Shown piece after piece: positions 29,096 to 38,803 of a stretch of 64,000 nucleotides of DNA (the first letter of the stretch is position 1; every line of letters starts with the position of its first letter). The stretch comes from Bacteroidota bacterium (lineage in GTDB: Bacteria > Bacteroidota > Bacteroidia > Flavobacteriales > Flavobacteriaceae), in assembly GCA_039820925.1 (NCBI GenBank), contig JBCBPD010000002.1, positions 21,887 through 85,886 on the forward strand. The letters run 5' to 3'. Made by a program: the position numbers and the translations under genes. The notes below the pieces were generated by a model. The model saw only the letters and a program-made list of their open reading frames with translations, did not search any database and was not told the origin of the DNA.

Positions 29096-29211
29096 AAAAT
29101 TTGTTTTTCAGTTCGGTGAACACCTGTTTTTAGAGCATCACCAATTCCGCCTGAAGTTAACAAAAAGGGGAAGGTTACCTAAACATTCCAAGTAGTTTTA
29201 TGAGGGGTAGA

Positions 29212-29751
29212 TTACCCTTTTAAGAATCTTCCAATCTCACCCAATTCATCGCCATTGTAATCTGATTTTTGAAGGGCTTGCATCAATTGAACGATATGGG
29301 CGGGATTCATGTTTTTTCCAAGAACGCGGACCAGGGCAAAACCTTTATCTCGGTTGTCTCCATAAATAATGACCTCGTCAATAGCGTCTTCCTCACCTAA
29401 ATATTTTACAACACCTTTTCCATATTCGGTATTGATTTTCATGAGTTCCACAAAGTCATCACCCTTCAAAATTTCTTTCACCTTGGCTTTCTCAGCTTTG
29501 TAAGTAGATACATTTTCAGCTGTCTTTTTGAAAGCTAGCAAATTAAACTTACGCAAAGAGTTCACGGCTTCTTTTTGCGATGAGTTTAAATCCATCTGGT
29601 CAATTTTGATAATGCTCGCGGGAAGGTCTAAGGCGATAAAATCAGGGTTTTCAGAATTATCGACATAATATTCTTGAAGGCTCTGTTGTGATGAGCAACC
29701 GGCCAAAACTGCAGCCATTAAAAGTAAAAGGCCTATAACATTTCGTTTCAT
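29212..29751 (-). CDS. DUF4252 family lipoprotein
   Basis: Lipobox LAG-C; SLQEYYVDNSENPDFIALDLPAS; DEVIIYG; VRVLG. Confidence 0.8.
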   Translation of the reverse strand: MKRNVIGLLLLMAAVLAGCSSQQSLQEYYVDNSENPDFIALDLPASIIKIDQMDLNSSQKEAVNSLRKFNLLAFKKTAENVSTYKAEKAKVKEILKGDDFVELMKINTEYGKGVVKYLGEEDAIDEVIIYGDNRDKGFALVRVLGKNMNPAHIVQLMQALQKSDYNGDELGEIGRFLKG

Positions 29752-29794
29752 GATTGTTGATTTTGATTGATTTTCAAAGTCTGTTATTGTCCAT

Positions 29795-29822
29795 AAGAGT
29801 CAAAAGACCCGGTTTTGTTACA
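29795..29822 (-). promoter_or_regulatory. Candidate ECF-sigma promoter, internal to operon
   Basis: Minus strand TGTAAC-N16-ACTCTT; same spacing as the motif upstream of the ECF gene. Confidence 0.5.
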
Positions 29823-29848
29823 CCAGGTCTTTTAAAACTTCTAAAGGA

Positions 29849-30391
29849 TTAGTTCTTTTTCTTCCCTGCTTGATTCAACTCCTCGGGAAGGTTCATTTTA
29901 TTCGTCAATGAATTGATTTTGTTCAAGTCGATATCTCCGGTGAGGGACAAAATGACGGTTTCAAAATTTCTGCCATTGGCTTCAACATCTTTAAGCCCCG
30001 TAACGAACATGAGCAATTCACTCACATGGTCGGCGTCTTTTCCTTCTTTGATATAGAACTTTACATTGGCATCTTTGTCCTTGATGCGCATAAGCTCTTC
30101 CATCGTAGAACTTTTAAGATACTTGTTCACGGAAGCACTCATATCTTTTCCGATAGCAGCATCGTCTGTAGTGAAAACTTTCAAGCTCTTCAAGCTACTA
30201 GCGATGTCCATGAACTCCTTAGCTTCTGGGTCATCGACTTCTACATCGATTTTGGCCAAAAGATTGAACATGCTTTTGTTTACGATTACTGAAGTTACCT
30301 CATCAAGGTCTTCGTACTTGTCAAAAAGTGATTGCGAAAATCCGAAAAAAGGCAAGGCCGCAACCAGTAACATGACTATTTTAAGTTTCAT
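29849..30391 (-). CDS. DUF4252 family secreted protein
   Basis: Signal peptide; FDKYEDLDEVTSVIVNKSMF; LEELMRIKD; ELLMFV; LTGDIDLNKI. Start ATG 30391. Confidence 0.8.
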   Translation of the reverse strand: MKLKIVMLLVAALPFFGFSQSLFDKYEDLDEVTSVIVNKSMFNLLAKIDVEVDDPEAKEFMDIASSLKSLKVFTTDDAAIGKDMSASVNKYLKSSTMEELMRIKDKDANVKFYIKEGKDADHVSELLMFVTGLKDVEANGRNFETVILSLTGDIDLNKINSLTNKMNLPEELNQAGKKKN

Positions 30392-30401
30392 CTTTCTTGT
30401 T

Positions 30402-30821
30402 TTAATTGTTGTTGTAGATTTTTTGTTTTGCATTTTCGAACTCTTTTAGATAGGCTACCTTTTCGGTGCCTCGACCAAAATTCTCAGCGAGAAGTTCAAA
30501 CGCTTTTTTCGTTTCCTGATAGGCATACTCCGCTTCTTTTTGTTCTCGGTATTCGTTACCGAAATACAAACTAAACGAGAGGAGGGCTACTGCTGCAACG
30601 GAAATCCACTGGTACAAACGTGTTTTGGATTTTAATGGAACCTGCCGGGTAAACCGCTCCTTTTTTGCCTCAGCAAAAAAAACGAACATTGGTCTGTATT
30701 GTTCTAAGTGTGCTGCCACACTGTCTTGGGCAAAATATTCTCGGAGTACGTTTTCTTCCTCAACGGAGGTAGTCGCATCGAAATACTTTTCCAATAATTT
30801 TTCTATGTTATCCAACGCCAT
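30402..30821 (-). CDS. Putative single-pass anti-sigma factor
   Basis: IEKLLEKYFDATTSVEEE...YF N-terminus, one TM segment (WISVAAVALL); overlaps the ECF gene end. Confidence 0.65.
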   Translation of the reverse strand: MALDNIEKLLEKYFDATTSVEEENVLREYFAQDSVAAHLEQYRPMFVFFAEAKKERFTRQVPLKSKTRLYQWISVAAVALLSFSLYFGNEYREQKEAEYAYQETKKAFELLAENFGRGTEKVAYLKEFENAKQKIYNNN

Positions 30822-31317
30822 AGCTGTGTTTTTTTAATAATGCTTCGCGAACTGTTTTTCTTGCTCTTGACAAATTCACCCGTACTGCTGTAGGTTTCAT
30901 GTTCAATAATTCGCATATTTCTTCAAATTCGTACTGCTCTATATCTCTCAACTGAAGGATTATCTTCTGCTGCTCGGGCAGTCCCTCCATGATTTTCTCC
31001 ATCCAGCGCACACTATCCTCTGCCTCAATCTGTTTTTGCAACGAACGACTTTCATCCTGATAGTTGCTATGTACCAACTTTAAATTACTGGCCTGTTTTG
31101 ACTTTAATCGGTCCAAACAGAGATTTTTGGTCATGGTCATCGCGAACGCTTCCACATTTTTATAGCGGTCCATACTTTCATTTTTAGACCACAATCGCAT
31201 TAAAACCTCCTGCGTTGCGTCCTCTGCCTCTTCCTTAGAAACCAACAATCGCTTGGCCATACGGTATAGTTTATCCTTAAAAGGCATTACTATGTTCAAA
31301 AATTCGCTTTGTTGCAT
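30808..31317 (-). CDS. ECF-type RNA polymerase sigma factor
   Basis: LYRMAKRLL, AEDATQEVLMRLW, LPEQQKIILQLRD, EEICELL, VRVNLSRARK. Confidence 0.93.
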   Translation of the reverse strand: MQQSEFLNIVMPFKDKLYRMAKRLLVSKEEAEDATQEVLMRLWSKNESMDRYKNVEAFAMTMTKNLCLDRLKSKQASNLKLVHSNYQDESRSLQKQIEAEDSVRWMEKIMEGLPEQQKIILQLRDIEQYEFEEICELLNMKPTAVRVNLSRARKTVREALLKKHSYGVG

Positions 31318-31361
31318 GGTCAATGATTCAGTTGTTTGGTTTTTTTGGACCTCTTATCCTG

Positions 31362-31389
31362 AAGACGACACATATCGAAATTTGTTACA
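31362..31389 (-). promoter_or_regulatory. Candidate autoregulatory ECF promoter
   Basis: Minus strand TGTAAC-N16-CGTCTT, about 45 nt upstream of the sigma gene; resembles the canonical ECF -35 (xAAC) and -10 (CGT) elements. Confidence 0.6.
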
Positions 31390-31512
31390 AAAAATTTGAA
31401 TTTTGAAAAGATGTCTCTAATTTGTTTGCTTTAAAGGAATGGAAATATTGCTCTATTCCTAATCCCGAAGGCAGTTTGGAACGCATTTTGGGGTATTCTT
31501 AAAAATACAGCT

Positions 31513-32985
31513 ATGAAAAAATTTATGTTGACTGCAGTATGCTTGGGATTGTTATTTGCATCCTGCAGTAATGATGATGGAGGACAAACCCAGATTCAAA
31601 ATCCAAACACCAACCTTCCCACGGTTGCTGAATTTCCGAACCAAAACTTTATGTGGCAGGCCATGAACCTATGGTATTTTTGGCAGGCTGATGTAAATGA
31701 TTTAGCGGACGACCGATTTGCCACTAACGCGGAATATGCAGATTACCTAAGTGAGAACCCAGAACCACGAACGTTTTTCTTTGACAAATTACTTTTCACT
31801 GAAGATCGTTTTACCTCTGCAGATGACAATTATCAGGACCTTGTAAATAACCTATCAGGAGTTTCAAAAAGTAATGGTTTAGGATTCGGTATTAGTAGAT
31901 TTTCTGACAATCCTAACAATCTATTCTGTTATGTTTGGTATGTACTAGAAGGGTCTGATGCGGCTTCCAAAGACATTAGAAGAGGTGAAATTTTCACTAG
32001 GGTAAATAATCAACAGCTCAATGTGGACAACTATATACAATTGCTTTTTACTGGAGACGATACTTACACTTTGGGAATGGCCAACATTGTGAATGGTTCA
32101 ATTGTGGACAGTAGCAAAGAAGTAACTCTTTCAAAAGTTGAAGGATTTCAACAAAATCCAATATTGATTGCCGAAACCTTGGACATTGGAGGAACAAAAA
32201 TTGCTTACCTAATGTACAATCGTTTCTTAAGCAGCTTTGATCAACAGTTAAATGAAGCATTTGGTAAATTCATTGCAGACGGGGCAACCGAATTAGTATT
32301 GGATATGCGTTACAATCCGGGAGGGTCAGTAAACACTTCCAGACTATTGTCTAGCATGGTTCATAGCACAGATACAGACAAATTGTATCTTAGGCAACGT
32401 TGGAATTCTAAAATCCAACAACAGTTGTCGCAGGCTCAGCTCGAAGACTATTTTGCCGATAACTTTGAAGGCACACCTATCAACTCAATGGGTTTGGACA
32501 AAGTTTATGTAATAGCAACTGGAGACTCTGCCTCGGCCAGTGAATTAGTAATAAATGGTCTTACTCCCTATATGAACGTGGTCCACATTGGTGAAACCAC
32601 GAGAGGTAAAAACGAGTTTTCCATTACACTAGTGGATGATCCAGGTAATTCATTCATTTACAGTGCAAGCAGGGAAAACCAGATTAACCCTGAAGTCTCC
32701 TGGGGACTACAACCCTTGGTAGGTAGAAATGAAAATGCAGATGGTTTTTTCGATTACACGGCAGGTTTACCACCAACAATTTTATTAGAAGAAGATTTAA
32801 CCAATTTAGGCATTTTAGGAAATGTGGACGAGCCTTTATTGGCAAGAGCAATACAAGAAATAACTGGCACGACAACAAGGCGCAATTTAACCGTCCAGAT
32901 ACCTGTTGCTAATTTTTCTAGCTCTGATGCTGTAAACGAAAAGATTTTTACGACACACCTGGATAAATCCATATTTCTTAAATAA
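31513..32985 (+). CDS. S41 family peptidase lipoprotein with PDZ-like domain
   Basis: Lipobox FAS-C; MNLWYFWQ; LVLDMRYNPGG; SASASELVINGL; HIGETTRGKN. Confidence 0.88.
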   Translation: MKKFMLTAVCLGLLFASCSNDDGGQTQIQNPNTNLPTVAEFPNQNFMWQAMNLWYFWQADVNDLADDRFATNAEYADYLSENPEPRTFFFDKLLFTEDRFTSADDNYQDLVNNLSGVSKSNGLGFGISRFSDNPNNLFCYVWYVLEGSDAASKDIRRGEIFTRVNNQQLNVDNYIQLLFTGDDTYTLGMANIVNGSIVDSSKEVTLSKVEGFQQNPILIAETLDIGGTKIAYLMYNRFLSSFDQQLNEAFGKFIADGATELVLDMRYNPGGSVNTSRLLSSMVHSTDTDKLYLRQRWNSKIQQQLSQAQLEDYFADNFEGTPINSMGLDKVYVIATGDSASASELVINGLTPYMNVVHIGETTRGKNEFSITLVDDPGNSFIYSASRENQINPEVSWGLQPLVGRNENADGFFDYTAGLPPTILLEEDLTNLGILGNVDEPLLARAIQEITGTTTRRNLTVQIPVANFSSSDAVNEKIFTTHLDKSIFLK

Positions 32986-33131
32986 TTGACTTATGCTAAA
33001 CTGCCTTTAGTTTGACTGTATTATGAAGTGATGGCTAAATTTGAAGTAAAGAAAGTGTTAACGATTATTTAAAGTTTTTCGCAATTTTTTTGTAGGATAA
33101 AGTTTTATTTTTAGTAGTAAAACCTCACCTT

Positions 33132-34310
33132 ATGAAATAAATTACGATTTCTATTCTATTTTTCGGTCTATGCATATTTTCAAATGCTGAAGCTCAGACA
33201 ACGACTGAAAGAAACTTTGCCACCAACTATCAAGCGACCCCAATTAACGAGGAACCTATGGTTTTGCCCGGGGTTAATGTTAGTATAGTCGATAGGAAAT
33301 GGCGAAAATCTCAAAGAACTTCTTTGGAGTTTGTGAAATTTGAATGGAGTGCTGCTCCACGACAAACTAACGTTGCCCTTTATAATCTTAAGGTATACAA
33401 TGTTAAAAACAGAAGATGGGAAACCATCAAAAGCGTAAACAACAACAATTCAAGTAGGTATTCATATACTTTAAACTCGTTTAAGGAAGAATGGATAAGC
33501 AGTAAAGCTGCTTTTAGTTTTAAGGTTGAAATCGTTCCAACCATCCAAGCATTTAATCAAAAAATTGAATATCGACAAGGAACTAGCGTTGAAATAGAAG
33601 ATTGGGGAATTGGACCAAAAGCAACCTTTACTATGGAAGCTGCCACCATTATTCATGATGGTAAATCTTGGGACGTAAAACGAAATCAAAAGCCAACACT
33701 TACCGCATACCCAAGTACCAACAGTCGGACTCCAAATACCATAATTACAACTAAATTAGTTAATACAGGTGGTACTAATTTCGGCTCCAGAGCTCCAGTT
33801 GTTGAAAGTTATATTTCTGACAAAGCTGTATTGGGTTCAGGCAGAATTCAACTTCAGGAAATTTCTCCAATAGTAAGTGTTGGAAGGGTATATCGTGGTG
33901 GTTCCTTAAATGGTTCCAGAACATATAAATTCCAATCGGTTCAAAATGCCTTTATTTTAATACCTGGAAAAACCTATTATTTTCACACGCTTATAAAAAA
34001 TGTGGCGGGCATAACACCCCCTCTTGGAGAAGGTACACATCATTTTGTTTGGCCTTTCCGATTCGAGCATATTGGAGGTTCGGGAAGACCGCCGGCGTGT
34101 CCTAGTTGCGGTGTTGCACTTGTTGCTTCTTTTGATTTTGAACAATCAAAACCATCAGAGCCTTACCAAATTTTTGATTTTACTGGCCGACTAGTTAAAG
34201 AGGGCCAGTCAAGTAGCACGATAGAAGAAAACCTAGTGGTATCTAATTTACCTCGAGGAATTTACATTGTCAAGAAGAGTGATAAAACAAGGAAGGTTTA
34301 TTCCAAATAA
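33132..34310 (+). pseudogene. T9SS-cargo-like secreted protein with in-frame TAA at codon 3 (pseudogene or sequencing error)
   Basis: ATG AAA TAA ATT... reads MK*ITISILFFGLCIFSNAEAQ (signal peptide), in frame with ORF 33258-34310. C-terminus YQIFDFTGRLV...LPRGIYIVK...TRKV resembles a type A CTD. Confidence 0.65.
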
Positions 34311-34338
34311 ATTATGCATCATTAATTCAACAATAAAG

Positions 34339-34364
34339 AAAAGCGGCCTTTGAGCCGCTTTTTT
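34339..34364. terminator. Bidirectional terminator
   Basis: AAAAGCGGC-CTTTGA-GCCGCTTTTTT between convergent genes. Confidence 0.8.
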
Positions 34365-34385
34365 ATTTTCCAGACGAACTGGATT

Positions 34386-36263
34386 CTAGAGATTTAAAGC
34401 CAGACCAAGATTCACATTTCTTCCTCTTGTGCTAAAACCAAAAATTTCCACGAATTCTTCATTTAGTAAGTTCGTAGCATTGAGAAACACTTTCAGTTTA
34501 TTTTCCAACAAAGTGTGCGCCAGGTAAAAATCAACGGTGGTGAACGATTCCAAAGTCACATTAAACGACTCTTCTGGAAAAGGCGGAAATACCGTATCAA
34601 TGCGGTCCCCAGTATGTTGTACCCGTAAAGAAGCATTTGTACACTCAGTGAAGGCATAGTCCAAGGAAACATTTACCTTGTGTTTTGGAATTCGAATAGC
34701 ATCATCCCCATCTCGATTGGTATAAGTGTAGTTGGTTAAAAGGGAAAGTTTGTTATTAGGTGTCCAATTTACCTCCAATTCCAAACCGTTTACATTAATT
34801 TCATCTGCAACATTGATACTCCCAAATGTGTTGGGGTCAAAACCGATGGTATTGGTTTCATTTCGGTCAAAATACAAGGCGCTTACGCGAAGTTTCTGCT
34901 TGAGGGCAAACTCTACACCTCCTTCAATTGTTCGGTTTTCTTCGGGCTCTAAATCTGGGTTAGCCCCAAAATCGCCAAAAAGCTGAATCAGGTTGGGGGT
35001 GATGTAAGATGTGGCATAAGACCCCAATAGCTTCACATAACCTTCTTGCATCTTAAAAGCATAGGATGGATTGACATTATAAACAAAATGATTCCCATAC
35101 TCGGAGTGGTTGTTCAAACGAGCTCCCGTATTCAAGTTAAAACCAAAGTCAGAAACGTAAACAACGTTCAAATACGGGTCAACTATGGTAAAATTGGCAT
35201 CATTCGTAAAAACAGCTTCGTCTTTCAAATAATTCAATCCCAAAACCGTATGCCATTTTTCAGCAATAATATATTTGTTGTAGATGTCCAGGACCACATT
35301 CTTTCCTTCAAAGGTGCTCTCGCCAAAACTGTTGACCGAATTGGTGTTGTAATCGGTAAAAGCAGTGTTTAAATGAACAGAGCCCTTTCCATATTTGAAT
35401 AGGGATGCCAACCCAAAACGTTCTTGATCGCTTCTGAGGGAATTGGGGGCGTCTGCTCCGCTTGCGTCAAAATCGGTGTCCAAACGTGTGGTATTACCGT
35501 AAATACTCAACTCAAAGCTATCTGAAAAACGATATCCTAGCTTTAGATTGCCACTGTATTGAGAAAAAACGTCCTCTTCATTTTCAGGCGTGACGGCAGC
35601 CGAAATTCCCGAAGAATAACGATTTGAAAAATCAACATTGTAGAAAAACCGGTTTAGTGTTCCGTTGATAGCAGCACTATTGGCGAAGTTCCCCAAATTA
35701 TAGTTTTGGTCCTCTGAGGTTTGATTTGTTCCGACCGTAGCCTGAAAATCCGCGCTTATGGATTCCTTGGAAGCTTTTTTGGTCGTAATGTTGATGACAG
35801 CCGTGGCGGCATTCGTTCCATATAAGGTACTTGCAGCACCTTTGATAATTTCAATTGATTCAATCGCGTTGGTGGATAGTAACCGAAGGTCATATTCCTG
35901 TGAAAAGGAAGAGGGGTCTGAAACCCGCACACCATCGATGACAACCAAAACCTGACGACCACGTCCACCGCGAGCGAACACGCCCAAAACCGAACCATCG
36001 CGTCCGCGACTTCCTGCGATTTCAATACCACTTTTGATATTGATAATTTCCGGTACGGTGCGACCTTGGTTTCTTTCGATTTCAGCCCTACTAATGGTAA
36101 TGACGGTTTTTCCTGAGTTTTCGCGTTTCAAGGCAAACCTTGAATCACTCACCACAACCTCATCCAACGCTTGAATGGCAATGGAGTCTTGACTTTGGTT
36201 TTGAGCGTACATACTGGTAGCCACAAAACCTAGGGCAACTGCCCAAATCTGTTTTTTGTTCAT
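34386..36263 (-). CDS. btuB: TonB-dependent receptor, cobalamin (BtuB-like)
   Basis: Signal peptide; LDEVVVS TonB-box region; RGGRGRQVLVVIDG; IEIIKGAASTLYG plug; C-terminal GRNVNLGLALNL; lies under a B12 riboswitch. Confidence 0.8.
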   Translation of the reverse strand: MNKKQIWAVALGFVATSMYAQNQSQDSIAIQALDEVVVSDSRFALKRENSGKTVITISRAEIERNQGRTVPEIINIKSGIEIAGSRGRDGSVLGVFARGGRGRQVLVVIDGVRVSDPSSFSQEYDLRLLSTNAIESIEIIKGAASTLYGTNAATAVINITTKKASKESISADFQATVGTNQTSEDQNYNLGNFANSAAINGTLNRFFYNVDFSNRYSSGISAAVTPENEEDVFSQYSGNLKLGYRFSDSFELSIYGNTTRLDTDFDASGADAPNSLRSDQERFGLASLFKYGKGSVHLNTAFTDYNTNSVNSFGESTFEGKNVVLDIYNKYIIAEKWHTVLGLNYLKDEAVFTNDANFTIVDPYLNVVYVSDFGFNLNTGARLNNHSEYGNHFVYNVNPSYAFKMQEGYVKLLGSYATSYITPNLIQLFGDFGANPDLEPEENRTIEGGVEFALKQKLRVSALYFDRNETNTIGFDPNTFGSINVADEINVNGLELEVNWTPNNKLSLLTNYTYTNRDGDDAIRIPKHKVNVSLDYAFTECTNASLRVQHTGDRIDTVFPPFPEESFNVTLESFTTVDFYLAHTLLENKLKVFLNATNLLNEEFVEIFGFSTRGRNVNLGLALNL

Positions 36264-36344
36264 TTCGTTTACGTGAATAAACGGGAGTAAAGTATGTGTT
36301 GCATACGTAAACTTTTATCCCGAAAGTTTAACAATGATTATTGA

Positions 36345-36545
36345 AATCTGGCAGGTCTCCTGGCTTGTTCAGTTGAATTTACCTTCCCATTCTATTGAAC
36401 AGTGGTACGAAGAAATTCAACCCTTTCTTGAAGAAAGAAAGTATGCTTAAAACACACCATGAACTTACAGTTGCGGGAACAGCTTTGGTTTTGCACCAAA
36501 TTCCCTTTTAATCCCTTGATATTGCATCGAGGGAACCAAAATTCT
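36345..36545 (-). ncRNA. Cobalamin (AdoCbl) riboswitch
   Basis: Minus strand GGTTCCC...AAAAGGGAATTTGGTGCAAAACCAAAGCTGTTCCCGCAACTGTAA...CCACTG...TGGGAAGG...AAGCCAGGAGACCTGCC, containing the B12 box and all conserved segments. Confidence 0.93.
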
Positions 36546-36610
36546 CCGCGAAAGTAAGGATTCTGTTTAATCTTTTCTCCCAAAAATCAAATAAGCTTAC
36601 TTTTGGTTTC

Positions 36611-37768
36611 ATGGCAAGAACCCTATCTCTTTCAAAAGTTTTACTGGCACTCACTATGCTCCTAGTGCTCAGCTGTAAGTCCAAAAACCACACAAAGCTT
36701 GTTGAACAAAACAGTTATGAAAACCCTCTTGCCTATGCTACGGGATTTACGATAGAACAGTTTTCAGATTATACTGTAATCGAGGTAAATTCTCCCTGGC
36801 CGGGGGCCGATAAGACGTACACTTATGCACTTGTTCCAAAAGAAAAACAACCTGTAATTACGCTTCCCAAGGATAAATACGATGCCATTGTGGCAACTCC
36901 AGTCGACCGAATAGTAGCAACAGCTACCACTCATGTGGCAGCCCTAGAACAGCTTGGGGTTCTGGATAAACTGGTTGGCTTTCCCAATACGGATTACATT
37001 TCTTCCCCTACCGCCAGAAAAATGATAACCAAAGGAGACATCAAAGACTTGGGCGCAAACGAAATGTTGAATACCGAGATGGTGCTTCAGCTACAGCCCG
37101 ACCTAGTGATGGGTTTTGCCTTAAATGCCTCGAACAAATCTTATCAAACCTTGGAAAATGCTGGTATTCCAGTAGTATTGAATGGTGATTGGACGGAACA
37201 GACCCCTTTGGGTAAAGCAGAGTGGATTAAGTTTCTCGCTCCTTTTTTTCATAAAGATGCACTGTCAGACACGAATTTTGAAAGCATTGAAGCCGATTAT
37301 AACGAAGCCAAAGCTTTGGTAAAAGATTTGAAAAATGAACCCTCTGTTCTAATTGGCGGACTGTTTAAAGATGTGTGGTATGTTTCAGGGGGCAAAAGCT
37401 GGATGGCTCAATTTCTAAGTGATGCCCACGCCAACTATTTATGGAGTGATACCCCAGAGACTGGTGGTATTGGATTAAGCGTTGAAAGTGTTCTGGAAAA
37501 AGGGCAATCTGCAGATTTTTGGTTTAACCCCTCCATGCACAAATCTTATGAAGAAATGAAAGTGGCCAGCCCACATTACGAGCGGTTCAAGGCCTTTCAA
37601 GACCATAGAATTTTCTCCAACAGTATGAAAACCGGAGAAACGGGAGGCACTCTTTTCTTTGAGCAAGGCCCTCTACGTCCTGATTTGGTATTGAAAGATT
37701 TGATTTCCATCTTGCATCCTGAAGTCTTGGAGGACCATACCTTGCAGTTCTTTGGGCCAATTGATTAA
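36611..37768 (+). CDS. ABC transporter substrate-binding lipoprotein (BtuF/FeuA-like)
   Basis: Lipobox VLS-C; YATGFTI; PVDRIVA; EQTPLGKAEWIKF; RPDLVLKDLISILHP. Confidence 0.88.
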   Translation: MARTLSLSKVLLALTMLLVLSCKSKNHTKLVEQNSYENPLAYATGFTIEQFSDYTVIEVNSPWPGADKTYTYALVPKEKQPVITLPKDKYDAIVATPVDRIVATATTHVAALEQLGVLDKLVGFPNTDYISSPTARKMITKGDIKDLGANEMLNTEMVLQLQPDLVMGFALNASNKSYQTLENAGIPVVLNGDWTEQTPLGKAEWIKFLAPFFHKDALSDTNFESIEADYNEAKALVKDLKNEPSVLIGGLFKDVWYVSGGKSWMAQFLSDAHANYLWSDTPETGGIGLSVESVLEKGQSADFWFNPSMHKSYEEMKVASPHYERFKAFQDHRIFSNSMKTGETGGTLFFEQGPLRPDLVLKDLISILHPEVLEDHTLQFFGPID

Positions 37769-38800
37769 ATGGGAAACACAACAGCATATCGCAAAACATT
37801 TCTAGGCTTGACCATGGTATTGGTGGTCACGTTTTTTTTGAACGTTTCGTTGGGCTCAGTAGCAATTCCTCTAATACAAACCCTAAAATCGCTTATAGGT
37901 CAGCCCGTGGATGCCCCATCATGGGATTACATCATCTGGAATTACCGTATCCCTAAAGCACTAACCGCAATTCTCGTGGGTGGAGGACTTTCAATTAGTG
38001 GATTACTGATGCAAACCTTGTTTCGCAATCCCCTGGCAGGACCTTTTGTTTTGGGAATCAGTTCAGGAGCTAGTTTGGGAGCAGCTCTTTTTCTCATGGG
38101 AGCTGCAAGTATTAATGTAATAGCATTCTCTGGATTCTTAAACGATATTTCATTGGCAGCAGCCGCAAGTATGGGAAGCTTCGCTGTCCTTTTTATAGTC
38201 GTTTTGGTAGCAAACCGGGTGCGTGACACCATGGCCCTTTTGATTATTGGGCTGATGTTCGGAAGTATTACAGCAGCTATTGTTAGCATCTTAGCCTATT
38301 TCTCAAGTGCCGAAGATTTGCAACGTTTTGTGTTTTGGTCCTTCGGAAGCCTCGGCGATTTATCATACGCTCAAATCGGATTACTTGCTGTAATTTGCAG
38401 TTTGGGTTTGTTGCTTTCCATTGCCGCTTTGAAAGCCCTAAACGCCATGCTTTTGGGTGAAAACTATGCCAGTAGCATGGGAATTTCCATCAAATCGTCA
38501 AGATTTATCATTATTTGCGCAACTGGACTGTTTGCAGGGGGAATTACTGCATTTGTGGGACCTATCGGATTTGTAGGCTTGGCTGTCCCCCATTTAACAA
38601 GACAGATTTTTAAGACCATGGACCATAGGATTTTGCTCCCTGCCGTCTTTGGATATGGAGCAATACTCATGCTCCTTTGTGATATTTTGGCCCAACTCCC
38701 TACCTCAGAAAGTGTTTTGCCCATCAACGCAATTACGGCTTTGGTAGGTGCGCCAGTGGTGATTTGGCTACTGGTCAGAAAACGAAAAATAGTATTCTAA
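37769..38800 (+). CDS. FecCD/BtuC family ABC permease
   Basis: RIPKALTA, MQTLFRNPLAGPFVLGISSGASLGAA, GPIGFVGLAVPH. Confidence 0.92.
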   Translation: MGNTTAYRKTFLGLTMVLVVTFFLNVSLGSVAIPLIQTLKSLIGQPVDAPSWDYIIWNYRIPKALTAILVGGGLSISGLLMQTLFRNPLAGPFVLGISSGASLGAALFLMGAASINVIAFSGFLNDISLAAAASMGSFAVLFIVVLVANRVRDTMALLIIGLMFGSITAAIVSILAYFSSAEDLQRFVFWSFGSLGDLSYAQIGLLAVICSLGLLLSIAALKALNAMLLGENYASSMGISIKSSRFIIICATGLFAGGITAFVGPIGFVGLAVPHLTRQIFKTMDHRILLPAVFGYGAILMLLCDILAQLPTSESVLPINAITALVGAPVVIWLLVRKRKIVF

Positions 38801-38803
38801 GGT

